A stretch of DNA of 64,000 nucleotides from Dehalococcoidia bacterium (GTDB taxonomy: Bacteria > Chloroflexota > Dehalococcoidia > Lucifugimonadales > UBA3495), in NCBI GenBank assembly GCA_030740155.1, contig JASLXV010000020.1:1-64000 (forward strand). The letters run 5' to 3'. A program made the translations under genes and the position numbers. Each line of letters begins with the position of its first letter. Position 1 is the first letter of the stretch. The notes below the pieces were generated by a model that saw only the letters and a program-made list of their open reading frames with translations, did not search any database and was not told the DNA's origin. Below are positions 41,672 to 50,712 of this stretch, one piece after another.

Positions 41672-42865
41672 TCATATGACCCTCAGATGCTGGAGCCGCA
41701 CCAGCTCCTCATTAGTGTAACCCAGCTCCTCCCGGTAGACCTGGGAATTGTGCTGGCCAAGGAGAGGCGCCGGCCGTGCTTGGGGCTGATGACCCTCGAT
41801 CTGGAACCCGGGACCGGGGAGTTTAAACTGTCCGGCCACCGGGTGGTCAACCGCCGTCCAAAACTGGCGGGCTTCGAGCTGGGAACACTCCAGGACTTCG
41901 TCGATGGTCTGCGCCGGCCCGAGGACGATGCGCTCCTCCATTCCCTGATAGAACAGGTCCCACTTGCCGCGTTCCCGCAGCTTGGGCTCGACGATGGCCC
42001 GGAGTTCCCGGTGGTGCTCGATCCGCCCCACGAGGCCCCCGAACCGCTCGTCCAACAACTCCGGGGCATCCAGAAGGACGGAGTACATCTCCCAGGGGTG
42101 GCCGCCGTCGCAGGTGAGGGCAACCCAGCCGTCTTTGCACTCCAGGAGGTCGCCGTCCATGACCCTCCGGTGGTAGCCCCGGCCCCGTTTCTGGATACTC
42201 CCGGTGTAGGTGTACATGGCCATGGACATCGGCGGCTCGCAGGCCAGGGCCTCCCACAGGGAGACATCGACGTGCTGGCCCTCGCCCGTGACCCGCTGGC
42301 CGGTGACCGCCAGCATGGCTGAAACCGCCGCCACCTTGCCGCCGTAGAGGGAGGCCTGCTCCCAGGGAACGTAGATGGGCGGCAGGTGAGGGTTGCCGTT
42401 CAGGTACATGAACCCGCCGATGGCCTGGAGGACGATGTCCGTCCCCTGGTAGCCGGCGTAGGGGCCGGTCCGCCCGAAGGGTGTTACCGATACGTGGACG
42501 AGGCCCGGATGGTCGGCGGCGAGGGCCTCTGGCTGGATGTTCAGGTCGCTCGCCTGGGCTGTTGAACAGTCCTCGATGAGCAGGTCACAGCGGGAGAGTA
42601 GTTGACGCAGCAGGTTATGCCCCGTGGGCGTGGCCGCGTCCAGGGTGATGCCGCGCTTATTGGCATTCAGGAAAAGGAACCAGGGCGAGCGCTCAGGGTG
42701 GGGATCGTCGTCGGGAAAAGGACCCAGGCGGCGTGCCGGGTCGCCGGCCGGCGGCTCCACTTTGATCACATCGGCGCCCCAATCGGCCAAGGACCGGGCC
42801 GCCCAGGCGCCGGCCATTCCCGAGCTTAGGTCCAGGACCCGAATATCGCTCAGTAGCTCATCCAC
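41672..42865 (-). CDS. Class III CoA-transferase, probably non-catalytic subunit (BbsE-like)
   Basis: LADWGADVIKVEPPAGD, NANKRGITLD, APLLGQHN; EQASLYGG where the catalytic Asp is expected. Confidence 0.85.
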   Translation of the reverse strand: MDELLSDIRVLDLSSGMAGAWAARSLADWGADVIKVEPPAGDPARRLGPFPDDDPHPERSPWFLFLNANKRGITLDAATPTGHNLLRQLLSRCDLLIEDCSTAQASDLNIQPEALAADHPGLVHVSVTPFGRTGPYAGYQGTDIVLQAIGGFMYLNGNPHLPPIYVPWEQASLYGGKVAAVSAMLAVTGQRVTGEGQHVDVSLWEALACEPPMSMAMYTYTGSIQKRGRGYHRRVMDGDLLECKDGWVALTCDGGHPWEMYSVLLDAPELLDERFGGLVGRIEHHRELRAIVEPKLRERGKWDLFYQGMEERIVLGPAQTIDEVLECSQLEARQFWTAVDHPVAGQFKLPGPGFQIEGHQPQARPAPLLGQHNSQVYREELGYTNEELVRLQHLRVI

Positions 42866-43110
42866 AGGGACCAGGATAGGTACGGGACCAAGCTGTGTCA
42901 ATATTGGAATGGTTGCCGCGGCCTTGGGTGGAGCCTGGTTTGAGGATGCTCCGGCGTTTCGGCGCGTCGCCGGGCTCAGATTCAGACACCTGCTCCTGAC
43001 CCTATGGAGCAATTGCGCGCACTTACTGCACGAAAGGTGAACGAGATGATAAACTCCCTCCAACTTGGAACGGGATCGTTCCCGCGAAGCGGCTGGAGCA
43101 GAGGAATGAG

Positions 43111-44316
43111 ATGAGAGTGGTGATCATCGGTGGATCGTTCGGCGGGATGACCACCGCCTACCAATTGCGGAGGCGCCTCGCCCCCGGCAAATGTGAGATA
43201 CGCCTCATCTCCAGGGAAAGGCGGTTTGTTTTTGTTCCGTCACTTCCCTGGGTCGTCATGGGGTCGAAAACCCTGGATCAAATCTCTTTTGACCTGGAAA
43301 GGCCCCTGGCGAGCAAGAAGATCGATTTCACCCACGCCACGGTACTGCGAGTCGACCCCCAGGCCCAGAAGGTCGTTACCGAGGGAGAGGAGTACCCCTA
43401 CGACTATCTGGTAATTGCCACCGGCCACCGCAGCGCCAACGAGGCAGTCCCCGGTCTCGGGCCGTTCGATGGCTCGGCACATTCGCCCATGTCGCCTCCG
43501 GAAGCGGAGGAGGCCAGGGAAGCCGTCAAGAGGTTGCTTGAAGATCCGGGCCCCATGGTGGTCGGTTGCGCCCCCGGCGCTAGTTGCCTCGGCCCGGCCT
43601 ACGAATTCGCCTTCCAGATCGACCATCTGATGCGGAAGAGGAAGATCCGGCACCTGGCGCCCATGACCTTCCTCACGCCGGAGCCGTTCCTCGGGCACAT
43701 GGGAGCCGGTGGCATGGGCCGGGCTCGGCAGTTCATTGAGGCAGAGTTCGAAGAGCGGTCCATCCGCTATCATACGTCGGCAGCCATCTCCAAGATCACC
43801 GATTCTTCGGTTGAGCTGGCCGATGGTCAAGTCTTCGAGTCGCGATTCTCCCTCATCATTCCACCACTGTCCGGGGTCGATGCCATGATCGCATCTCCCG
43901 GCCTCGGCAACCCCAAAGGCTTCGTGCCGGTGGACCAGCACTACCGGCACCAGGAGTTTCCGAGCATCTACGCCGCCGGCGTTGCCGTCGCGTTTTCGCC
44001 GGTCGACGAGACCCCGGTGCCCGTGAATTTTCTCAAGACGGCACACATGACCGAGCAGATGGCTGAGGCCGTCGCGCACAACATCGCCGCGGACGTAGAG
44101 GGCGGCGAGAAGAAATCTCGTCCCCTGTACGCCGAGTGCATTTTGGACATGGGAGATGGGGCGGTGCGCCTCAAGGTAAACCCGGTGCGGCCACCGCGCA
44201 ACGTCGCCGACATCTCCGAAGGCAAGCGATGGCTGTGGGCCAAGAGGTTCTTCGAGCGATACTACCTTTGGAAGGCCAAGCGGGGGAAAACCGTGTCCAG
44301 CGGCCTGGGTTGGTAA
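43111..44316 (+). CDS. sqr: Sulfide:quinone oxidoreductase family flavoprotein
   Basis: IIGGSFGG, GASCLGPAYEF, TPEPFLGHMG, NPKGFVPVD, AECILDMGD, W.WAK..FERYYLWK. Confidence 0.82.
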   Translation: MRVVIIGGSFGGMTTAYQLRRRLAPGKCEIRLISRERRFVFVPSLPWVVMGSKTLDQISFDLERPLASKKIDFTHATVLRVDPQAQKVVTEGEEYPYDYLVIATGHRSANEAVPGLGPFDGSAHSPMSPPEAEEAREAVKRLLEDPGPMVVGCAPGASCLGPAYEFAFQIDHLMRKRKIRHLAPMTFLTPEPFLGHMGAGGMGRARQFIEAEFEERSIRYHTSAAISKITDSSVELADGQVFESRFSLIIPPLSGVDAMIASPGLGNPKGFVPVDQHYRHQEFPSIYAAGVAVAFSPVDETPVPVNFLKTAHMTEQMAEAVAHNIAADVEGGEKKSRPLYAECILDMGDGAVRLKVNPVRPPRNVADISEGKRWLWAKRFFERYYLWKAKRGKTVSSGLGW

Positions 44317-44360
44317 ATGGGTAGGCTGAAACAAGTGCTAGTGGGGGAGGTTACCCATGG

Positions 44361-44624
44361 CTACGACAGAAGTTTGTCGTGGCCAGCATGCGATCCAATC
44401 CAAAACCAATAAATAGAGTCAACCTACTGTAGCCCCAACGCCCGCCATCCTCGGCCTACTCGCACCGAATATATTGCGTCGGCCGGATGCACGAGCTTAA
44501 AGCGTAGACTGGGGTGATTCGGGTTCTCTTTCCAAAGGCCATAACTTCTGCTGGCTTGCTCTCCGACGTTGGCGGGCGATCTTCTAAAGCAATCAATGAA
44601 GTCGTCAGTCGGGTACGAGTTCAC
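44361..44624 (-). pseudogene. RelE/ParE-like toxin with in-frame TAG at 44424-44426
   Basis: LWKENPNHPSLRFK...YSVRVGRGWRALGLQ*VDSIYWFWIGSHAGHDKLLS; the frame continues 20 codons past the TAG with the expected WFWIGSH tail. Confidence 0.75.
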
Positions 44625-44690
44625 AGCTCGTCAAATCCGATTCCCCTCACCCGGCCCGAGTGAACGTCCTCCCGTACTTTCCCACCAGTC
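44621..44690 (-). pseudogene. C-terminal remnant of the cognate antitoxin
   Basis: KVREDVHSGRVRGIGFDEL* overlaps the toxin start (GTGA). No credible N-terminus. Confidence 0.45.
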
Positions 44691-44826
44691 ACAGGTGTCG
44701 CCGAGCGGCTGCTTTGGCAGGTCGAGCCTGGTGATGCCGCCCGCCCACATGGGGCGCCGTTAGCTGCCAAGCGTGATAAAATTGGCGCCACCGACCCTGG
44801 CACCCACCCACGAAAAGGAGGACCCG

Positions 44827-45945
44827 ATGGCTGATGTTATCGGCGACCTGGACGCGTTGAGGCGGGAGGTGGCAGACAGCGGCTTCGACGCGGTGGTGGC
44901 CATGTCTCCGGAGAACGTTCCCTATATCTCCGGGGTCTTGCTGTGGACCCAGCGGTCCATCCGTGACCGGCTGGCCCTGGTGGTGTGGCCTCGCGAGGGG
45001 GACCCCACCTTCATCGTGGCCACCAATGAAGAGGGCTACGTGCGGGAGAAGTCTTGGATTTCGGACATCCGAGGCTACGTACAGCACGAGGATTCGCCCA
45101 TCGAGTTTTTGGCGGAGGTCCTGCGAGAGAAGGGCCTGGCCGCCGGGCGTCTGGGCTTCGAGCCGTCTTTCCTGACCGCCGATTTCCATGCCGAGCTGAT
45201 AGAAGCTCTGCCCGAAGCCCAGTTACTCCCCTGCGAGCCCGTATTCCAGAAAGTCCGCATGGTGAAGACGCCGGCGGAGGTGGAACTGCTCGCCAGGGCC
45301 GCCGTGGCCACCGAGCACGCACTGATGGCCACCTACGCCACGGCGAGGCCGGGGGAGACCGAGCGCAGCCTGGTGGCCCGGCTTGGCGCCAACATACTCC
45401 AGGCCGGTGCCGACACCCCGGCCTTCCTCTACCTGACGGTGGGGCCTAACACGGGCTACGCCCATCCGGACCCAACCGACCAACCGGTGGTGTTCGGCGA
45501 CCTGATTAAATCCGATTGCGGCGGCTTCTTCTCCGGGTACTACTCAGATATCGGGCGTACCGCGGTTGTGGGAAGGGCCAGCCCGGAGCGGCGGTCGGTG
45601 TACCAGCGGCTCATGGAGGTCCACCGGAGCACCATCGCCGCCATGCGGCCCGGAGCCCCGGCCTCCGAGGTCTACCGGGTTGCGGTCGAGGGCTACCGGC
45701 AGGTGGAGATCCCTTTCGGCCTGCCCTTCGCCGGCCACGGGGTAGGCCTGTACATCCACGAGGTACCCATGCTTTCGGCCGGCGACGATACCCCGTTGCA
45801 GCCCAATATGGTCTTCGCCGTCGAGACACGGGTAAGGTGGCCCGGCAAGGAGGGCTACCACATCGAGGACCTGGTGGTCATCCGGGAGCAGGGCCCGGAG
45901 GTGGTGACCACCTTCATGGACACGGCCGAGCTGATGGAGCTTTAG
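44827..45945 (+). CDS. M24 family metallopeptidase/hydrolase (Xaa-Pro aminopeptidase/creatinase fold)
   Basis: RMVKTPAEV, D.GG...GYYSDIGRT, GHGVGLYIHE.P, HIED. Confidence 0.88.
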   Translation: MADVIGDLDALRREVADSGFDAVVAMSPENVPYISGVLLWTQRSIRDRLALVVWPREGDPTFIVATNEEGYVREKSWISDIRGYVQHEDSPIEFLAEVLREKGLAAGRLGFEPSFLTADFHAELIEALPEAQLLPCEPVFQKVRMVKTPAEVELLARAAVATEHALMATYATARPGETERSLVARLGANILQAGADTPAFLYLTVGPNTGYAHPDPTDQPVVFGDLIKSDCGGFFSGYYSDIGRTAVVGRASPERRSVYQRLMEVHRSTIAAMRPGAPASEVYRVAVEGYRQVEIPFGLPFAGHGVGLYIHEVPMLSAGDDTPLQPNMVFAVETRVRWPGKEGYHIEDLVVIREQGPEVVTTFMDTAELMEL

Positions 45946-45962
45946 GTTATTAAGCCGGCGGG

Positions 45963-47201
45963 CTAAACGCTCCCGTCGGCTTCCATCTGGGCCAGCTCTT
46001 CTTCGGTGATCCCGCCGATGCCGCAGAGCACCTCCCGGTTGTGCTCGCCCAAAACCGGGGCTCTCTGGTTCGGCGGCTCTACGCAGTCCGTGAGCTGGAC
46101 CGGCGTCCGCACCGCGGTGAAACTCCCGCCGAAGGTATCGCCGGCGTCCATGAACATTCCGCGGGCCTCCAGGTGGGGACATTTGTCCAGGTCCGCCACG
46201 TCTTGCACCATCCCGACGGAGAAGCCGGTTCCCGTAAACTGTCGACACACCTCCAGCTTGGGAACGTGCTGCGACCATTCCTCGATGGCGGGAATAATGT
46301 GCTCGAAGTAGAAGTCCGCCGGGATGTCTTTGGCCAGATACCGGGAGTCTTCGACCAGGTCCTCCCGGCCGATCAAGCGCCAGAGAGCGGCATAGTGCTC
46401 TGGCCTTCTCACCCCGGCCATCACGACGTAGCCGTCTTTGGCCCGCACGGTTAGCCCGGCGGTAATCGTCGCCTCCATGCTCCGGGCTTTGGCTTGACCG
46501 GTGGCCCGGAGAGTGGCCCAATTGCTGACGGTGTGGGGAATCAGGCATTCGTACATAGCCATATCCACATGCTGGCCCCTCCCGGTCTTCCGCCGCGTCT
46601 CCAGGGCCAGCAGGATTCCCAGGGCGGTCCACAAGCCGGGGACCGAGTCCCCCATGCTGTCACCAATGGAAAGCGGCGGCCCATTCGCGGCGCCGGTGAT
46701 CGCCATCCAGCCGGCCATGCCCTGAATGCAAAGGTTATTGGCCGGCCAGTCGGAGTAGGGGCCGCGCAAGGCCTCACTGTCGCCGTAACCGGTGATGCTG
46801 GCATAGATCAGGCCCGGGTTGAGCTGCCGGAGGTGGTCGAACCCGAGTCCCAAGCGGTTCAGCGCGCCGGGGCCCCAGTTCTCCAACAAAACGTCGGAGA
46901 CCCGGACCAAGTTCTCGAAAGTTTTTTTGGCCGCCGGGGCCCGCAGGTCCAGGCTGACGCCTTTCTTGTTGCGGTTCAGCGCCAGGAAGCTGGCGCCGAT
47001 TCGATCATTGCCGGCCGGTCCCTCGACGGACGGGCCGCGGTTGCGGCTAAGCTCGCCGGTGGGTGGGCGCTCGATCTTGATGACCTCGGCGCCCATATCG
47101 GCCAGGATCATCGCGCAGAAAGGGCCGGCAACGATGTGAGTGGCATCCAGGACGCGGATGCCCTCCAACGGGAGGGGCAGTTTGTCTTCTTCAGCGGCCA
47201 T
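45963..47201 (-). CDS. Class III CoA-transferase (CaiB/BaiF)
   Basis: AGPFCAMILADMGAEVIKIE, NRNKKGVSLDL, MGDSVPG, APVLGEHN. Confidence 0.9.
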   Translation of the reverse strand: MAAEEDKLPLPLEGIRVLDATHIVAGPFCAMILADMGAEVIKIERPPTGELSRNRGPSVEGPAGNDRIGASFLALNRNKKGVSLDLRAPAAKKTFENLVRVSDVLLENWGPGALNRLGLGFDHLRQLNPGLIYASITGYGDSEALRGPYSDWPANNLCIQGMAGWMAITGAANGPPLSIGDSMGDSVPGLWTALGILLALETRRKTGRGQHVDMAMYECLIPHTVSNWATLRATGQAKARSMEATITAGLTVRAKDGYVVMAGVRRPEHYAALWRLIGREDLVEDSRYLAKDIPADFYFEHIIPAIEEWSQHVPKLEVCRQFTGTGFSVGMVQDVADLDKCPHLEARGMFMDAGDTFGGSFTAVRTPVQLTDCVEPPNQRAPVLGEHNREVLCGIGGITEEELAQMEADGSV

Positions 47202-47493
47202 GGTTGCACCTTTGGTTAGGCGTTGGAAAGTCTCCCGGATCGGGCAGAAGACCGGGGAAATCTCGGCCAGTGTAGCACAGTCACCCCTGCCTTGTGCTGA
47301 GCTACCGCGCGACGAGCCGATCGCCGGCCGTTCAGGGAACTGCCGGGACGGAAACTATCGATGGGGCGCCGAATGACACCGGCCTGGCCGGTTGGAGAAG
47401 ATATGGAGGCGGCGAATACAGTTGATACTATGGGCGTATTTCGTACAAACAGCGATATGTTGGTTAGGATAAGTCGAAGATTAGTCGCGGTTC

Positions 47494-47522
47494 TTGACAT
47501 TACAGGCTGACTCTGATATATA
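47494..47522 (+). promoter_or_regulatory. Sigma70-type promoter
   Basis: TTGACA (47494-47499), 17-nt spacer ending in TGn, TATATA (47517-47522). Confidence 0.7.
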
Positions 47523-47528
47523 CAAATG

Positions 47529-47694
47529 GTCCCAAGTAATTAAGGCAATCGGCTGATCCACAGAGAGTGTTCCCGAGTGGGCCGGATACCAACGGCACCG
47601 CAGGTGAGGCGGAAGCGCTGAAGGCATGCCAGAGGGCCGCGTTCCGGGGGACATGGGTCAGAGGGGAAGTCCGGGTGCGAAGGTTACTTGGGAC
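47529..47694 (+). ncRNA. Structured ~166-nt ncRNA candidate (rod-like; possibly 6S RNA)
   Basis: Perfect 11-bp terminal helix GTCCCAAGTAA/TTACTTGGGAC with nested helices CTGATCCA/TGGGTCAG and TGTTCCCG/CGGGGGACA. Begins 7 nt after the -10 box; no ORF here. Confidence 0.6.
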
Positions 47695-47852
47695 GTTCCT
47701 TTGCCCTTCGACAACCGGAGGCTAGGGCATCCCTCCGGGCGGTCAACTCCGAACTCCCCACTGTTCAGGTAAGCGTCCATCAGCCACCGGGCGTGCTTGT
47801 TCCGGCGCGCTTACTCCTCGCCCCGGCCTTGCCTCGAAAGCGCCCTGGCATA

Positions 47853-47939
47853 TGTCACCCCGATTGAAGCGGGGGGTCTGGGGTGGTGGAGGAGAATCTC
47901 TGCCCAGATGCTTCGCCGCTGCGGCTGGTTCAGCGCGAC
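47853..47939 (-). repeat. Dispersed repeat family C (inverted copy)
   Basis: Reverse complement aligns by eye with 35657-35743. Confidence 0.75.
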
Positions 47940-48890
47940 CCTTTCCCACCAATCCCCCACGCCGCTCGCGACCGGCACCACCAGGTAAGAAAATCGTCCG
48001 GCGCTTTTCACTTCGACCCTAGTGAAAGATGGAGCAGCACACGCCTTACTCTCGTCCATCGGGGAAGGGCGGCCCGGAGGGCATTTCCGTACCAATGACA
48101 TTCTTGAGGCAACCTCCCCTGGGCCCCTACTTGACGAAGAAAACTGAGGCTCCACGATATTCGACCACGCCAAAACCTAGACCCGCGCCGTAGCAGCCGT
48201 CGGATATCATACCGCAATTAATGCATGTGCACCTATTACTGGTGCGAGACCTCCAACAACATATCTGGTAGACGGGTGTTAAGGAGCGAAGGTTTTGGAA
48301 AACCCTTTGAGCGCCACCACCGAAATCTACCTGATTCCCTCCCGGATGCGGTCTTCCCTGTCAGTTGTGCTGCCCTTGAGAATGTCGGATATCTTAGGGA
48401 TCGGCCTCGCCGCGGCGGCCCTCTTTGGCGGCAGTTATGATATGGTTCATGCCTCGGCAGCGTTCAGCTTCGATTCGGGCGAGTTTTTCCGGGGCGGGGC
48501 GATCGCCTCCCTCGGCTTGGGACACGGCCTCGCCGTCATCAAGCTAGGACGGGTTCCTCAGCCGTAGCGCCGGACTGGCCGAATACCGTTCAGAACTTCT
48601 CAGACCTGGACCGAATCAACCCTCACCAAATTAGGTCCGAGCCTGCGGTTGCGACGGCCGGCCTTCGGATCCTTCCCCCTCGGCCGCCGCTCCCAGCTCC
48701 TCCTCATTCTCAAGACTTCCCACTTTCTCCATCGGCGGCTCCACCGGGCCGGACGCCGGAGTCGGGCCTGACGCGCGCCAGCAGGTGCAACCACTCCGGG
48801 AGTGCCGTGGACCTGACTCGTTCACCAGGGATCTGATCATGTGGGAAAACCCGGATGTAGCTGGTAGACTGGGCCTCTAGGAGGTTAACC

Positions 48891-50570
48891 ATGTCTACGC
48901 TGGAGATTATGAACCCCGTTGCCAAGTGCACGGGAGGTGAGGTTAGGTTAGTCCCGCACCCCGGTTGGACACCCTGGCCGGCAAAACCATCGGTTTCTAT
49001 TGGAACACCAAGGCTGGGGGCGACGTAGCCCTCCAAAGGGTGGCGGAGATCATCCAGAAGGACTTTCCCGGGGTGCGTCTGAACAACTACGTTCACCACT
49101 ACCCCGCGCCTTCGGATATGATCGAGGATATGCTCTCTCAGTGCGACGCCGTCATCGGCAGCACCGGGGATTGAGGCTCCTGCACGTCGTGGCTTGCCCA
49201 CGACCTGAGCGAATTGGAGAAGAACGGTACGCCGGCGATCGGCATCTTCACCGAAGCCTTCGAGAGGGACGCGCGGGCCAGTTGCCGGGCGATCGGCGTT
49301 CCCTTCCTGCCCCTGGCCCTGGTTCCTACCATCCTCTCCAATGAACCCCCGGATACGATCCGCGGCTATGGTGAAGCCATTTACCCGAAGGTAGTGGAGG
49401 CCTTCACCAAGGTCCCCACGGGACCCGGCGCCACGAGTACCCAGGAAGCCGAGGAGCAGGAAGCGCTCACCTTCCATGGAGATGACCTCCTGGATGCCGC
49501 CGAGGCGATTAACCGTACCCTGGTGGAGTACAACTGGAGCGACGGTTTTCCCCTGGTGCCTCCCACCGGAAGCCGGGTCGACAGGATGCTGGCGGGGACT
49601 CAAAAGCCGCGGGATCAGATAGTAGCGGTGCTTGAGCCCGGTTTTGGGCTGGCCACTGTGGAGAAGATAGCCATCAACGCGGTCATGGCAGGGTGTCAGC
49701 CGGGGCACCTGCCGGTGCTGATTGCAGCAGTGGAGGCGATGGCCGACCCCTACTACCGGCTACGCGCCGTCTCCTGTTCCACGGGCCCCCACGCTCCACT
49801 GCTGGTGATCAACGGCCCGGTCGCCAAGGAGCTAAAGGTGAACTCGGGTCTGTGCTGTTTCGGGCCTGGCGGACCCTCCTACGCCAATACCGTCATAGGG
49901 CGGGCGGTCCGGCTTATCATGATGAATATTGGCCATGCCCGGCCCACCGATTCGGACATGGACACCCACGGCATGCCCCACAAGTACAGCGCCTGCATTG
50001 CGGAAGCCGAGGGCAACAGCCCGTGGATTCCCCTCCATGTGTCCCGGGGATACAATCAGGACACCAGCACGGTCACCGTCTTCGTCGCCAGGTACATGCT
50101 CGACATCAACGATGCCGGGAACTACACGCCGGAGCACATCTTGCGCCGGATCGCCATCGGCATGTCCAATGGGGCCAGCGTCTTTACCGGGCACTGGCTG
50201 GCGGAGCCCCGGATCTACCGGCGGACCGCCCTGCGCGATAGGGATAGCCACAAGATGTACGACGCCCACTGCCTGGTTATCATCGGTTCCGCCCCACGCC
50301 AGGGTCCTGGCCCGCTACAACTGGACCAAGGCCGGGGTGAGTGAGTACCTCCATCTGCACGCCCGAGTGCCGTTCGGAGACCTGTCCCGTTTCGGCGGCG
50401 CGGAGGAGTTGCGCCCGGAGTGGCGGTGGCTCGCCGATTCCCCGGACACCATGGTGCCGGCGGTGCGGTCACCGGAGTGCATCGAGGTCATGGTGGCTGG
50501 AGGGGAAGGACCCAAGAGCATGTACGTGGGTGGCGAAGGCCATGCCGTCACCAGGGTGGTCGAAGGGTAG
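48891..50570 (+). CDS. UGSC-motif selenoprotein fused to a ~340-aa uncharacterised domain; Sec at TGA 49172-49174; two single-base frameshifts (~48955, ~50288)
   Basis: GAGG plus ATG at 48891. APRLDTLAGKTIG...GSTGD-U-GSCTSWLAHD runs in frame into 49214..50344 (DGFPLVPPT, EKIAINAVMAGC). The tail HARVLARYNWTK...VMVAGG continues in a shifted frame to 50570. Confidence 0.8.
49186..49204 (+). promoter_or_regulatory. Candidate SECIS hairpin
   Basis: GTCGTGG-CTTGC-CCACGAC; 7 perfect bp starting 11 nt after the TGA. Confidence 0.65.
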
Positions 50571-50712
50571 CCGCGGAGAGGGGCCGAGGATTGGGGTTTT
50601 CGAAACATCCTGCCGGTGGGACCGGGAACGCCCGAAGAAACGAGGCGGGAGGGTCGCTCCAAGCTCAGGTAAGCCGCGCTGAGATTATGCGGAGAGACCC
50701 TCCCGTTCCTGC

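Noticed and set aside
47661..47682. RNase P RNA or cobalamin riboswitch (GAGGGGAAGTCCGGGTGCGAA)
   Set aside because: The RNase P continuation and 3' AGAACCCGGCUUA-like motif are missing, the B12 riboswitch partner strands are missing, and the segment is already paired within the 166-nt rod.
48225..48840. Short ORFs between the ncRNA candidate and the UGSC gene
   Set aside because: No recognisable family or clear RBS; possibly remnants, but not supportable from sequence alone.
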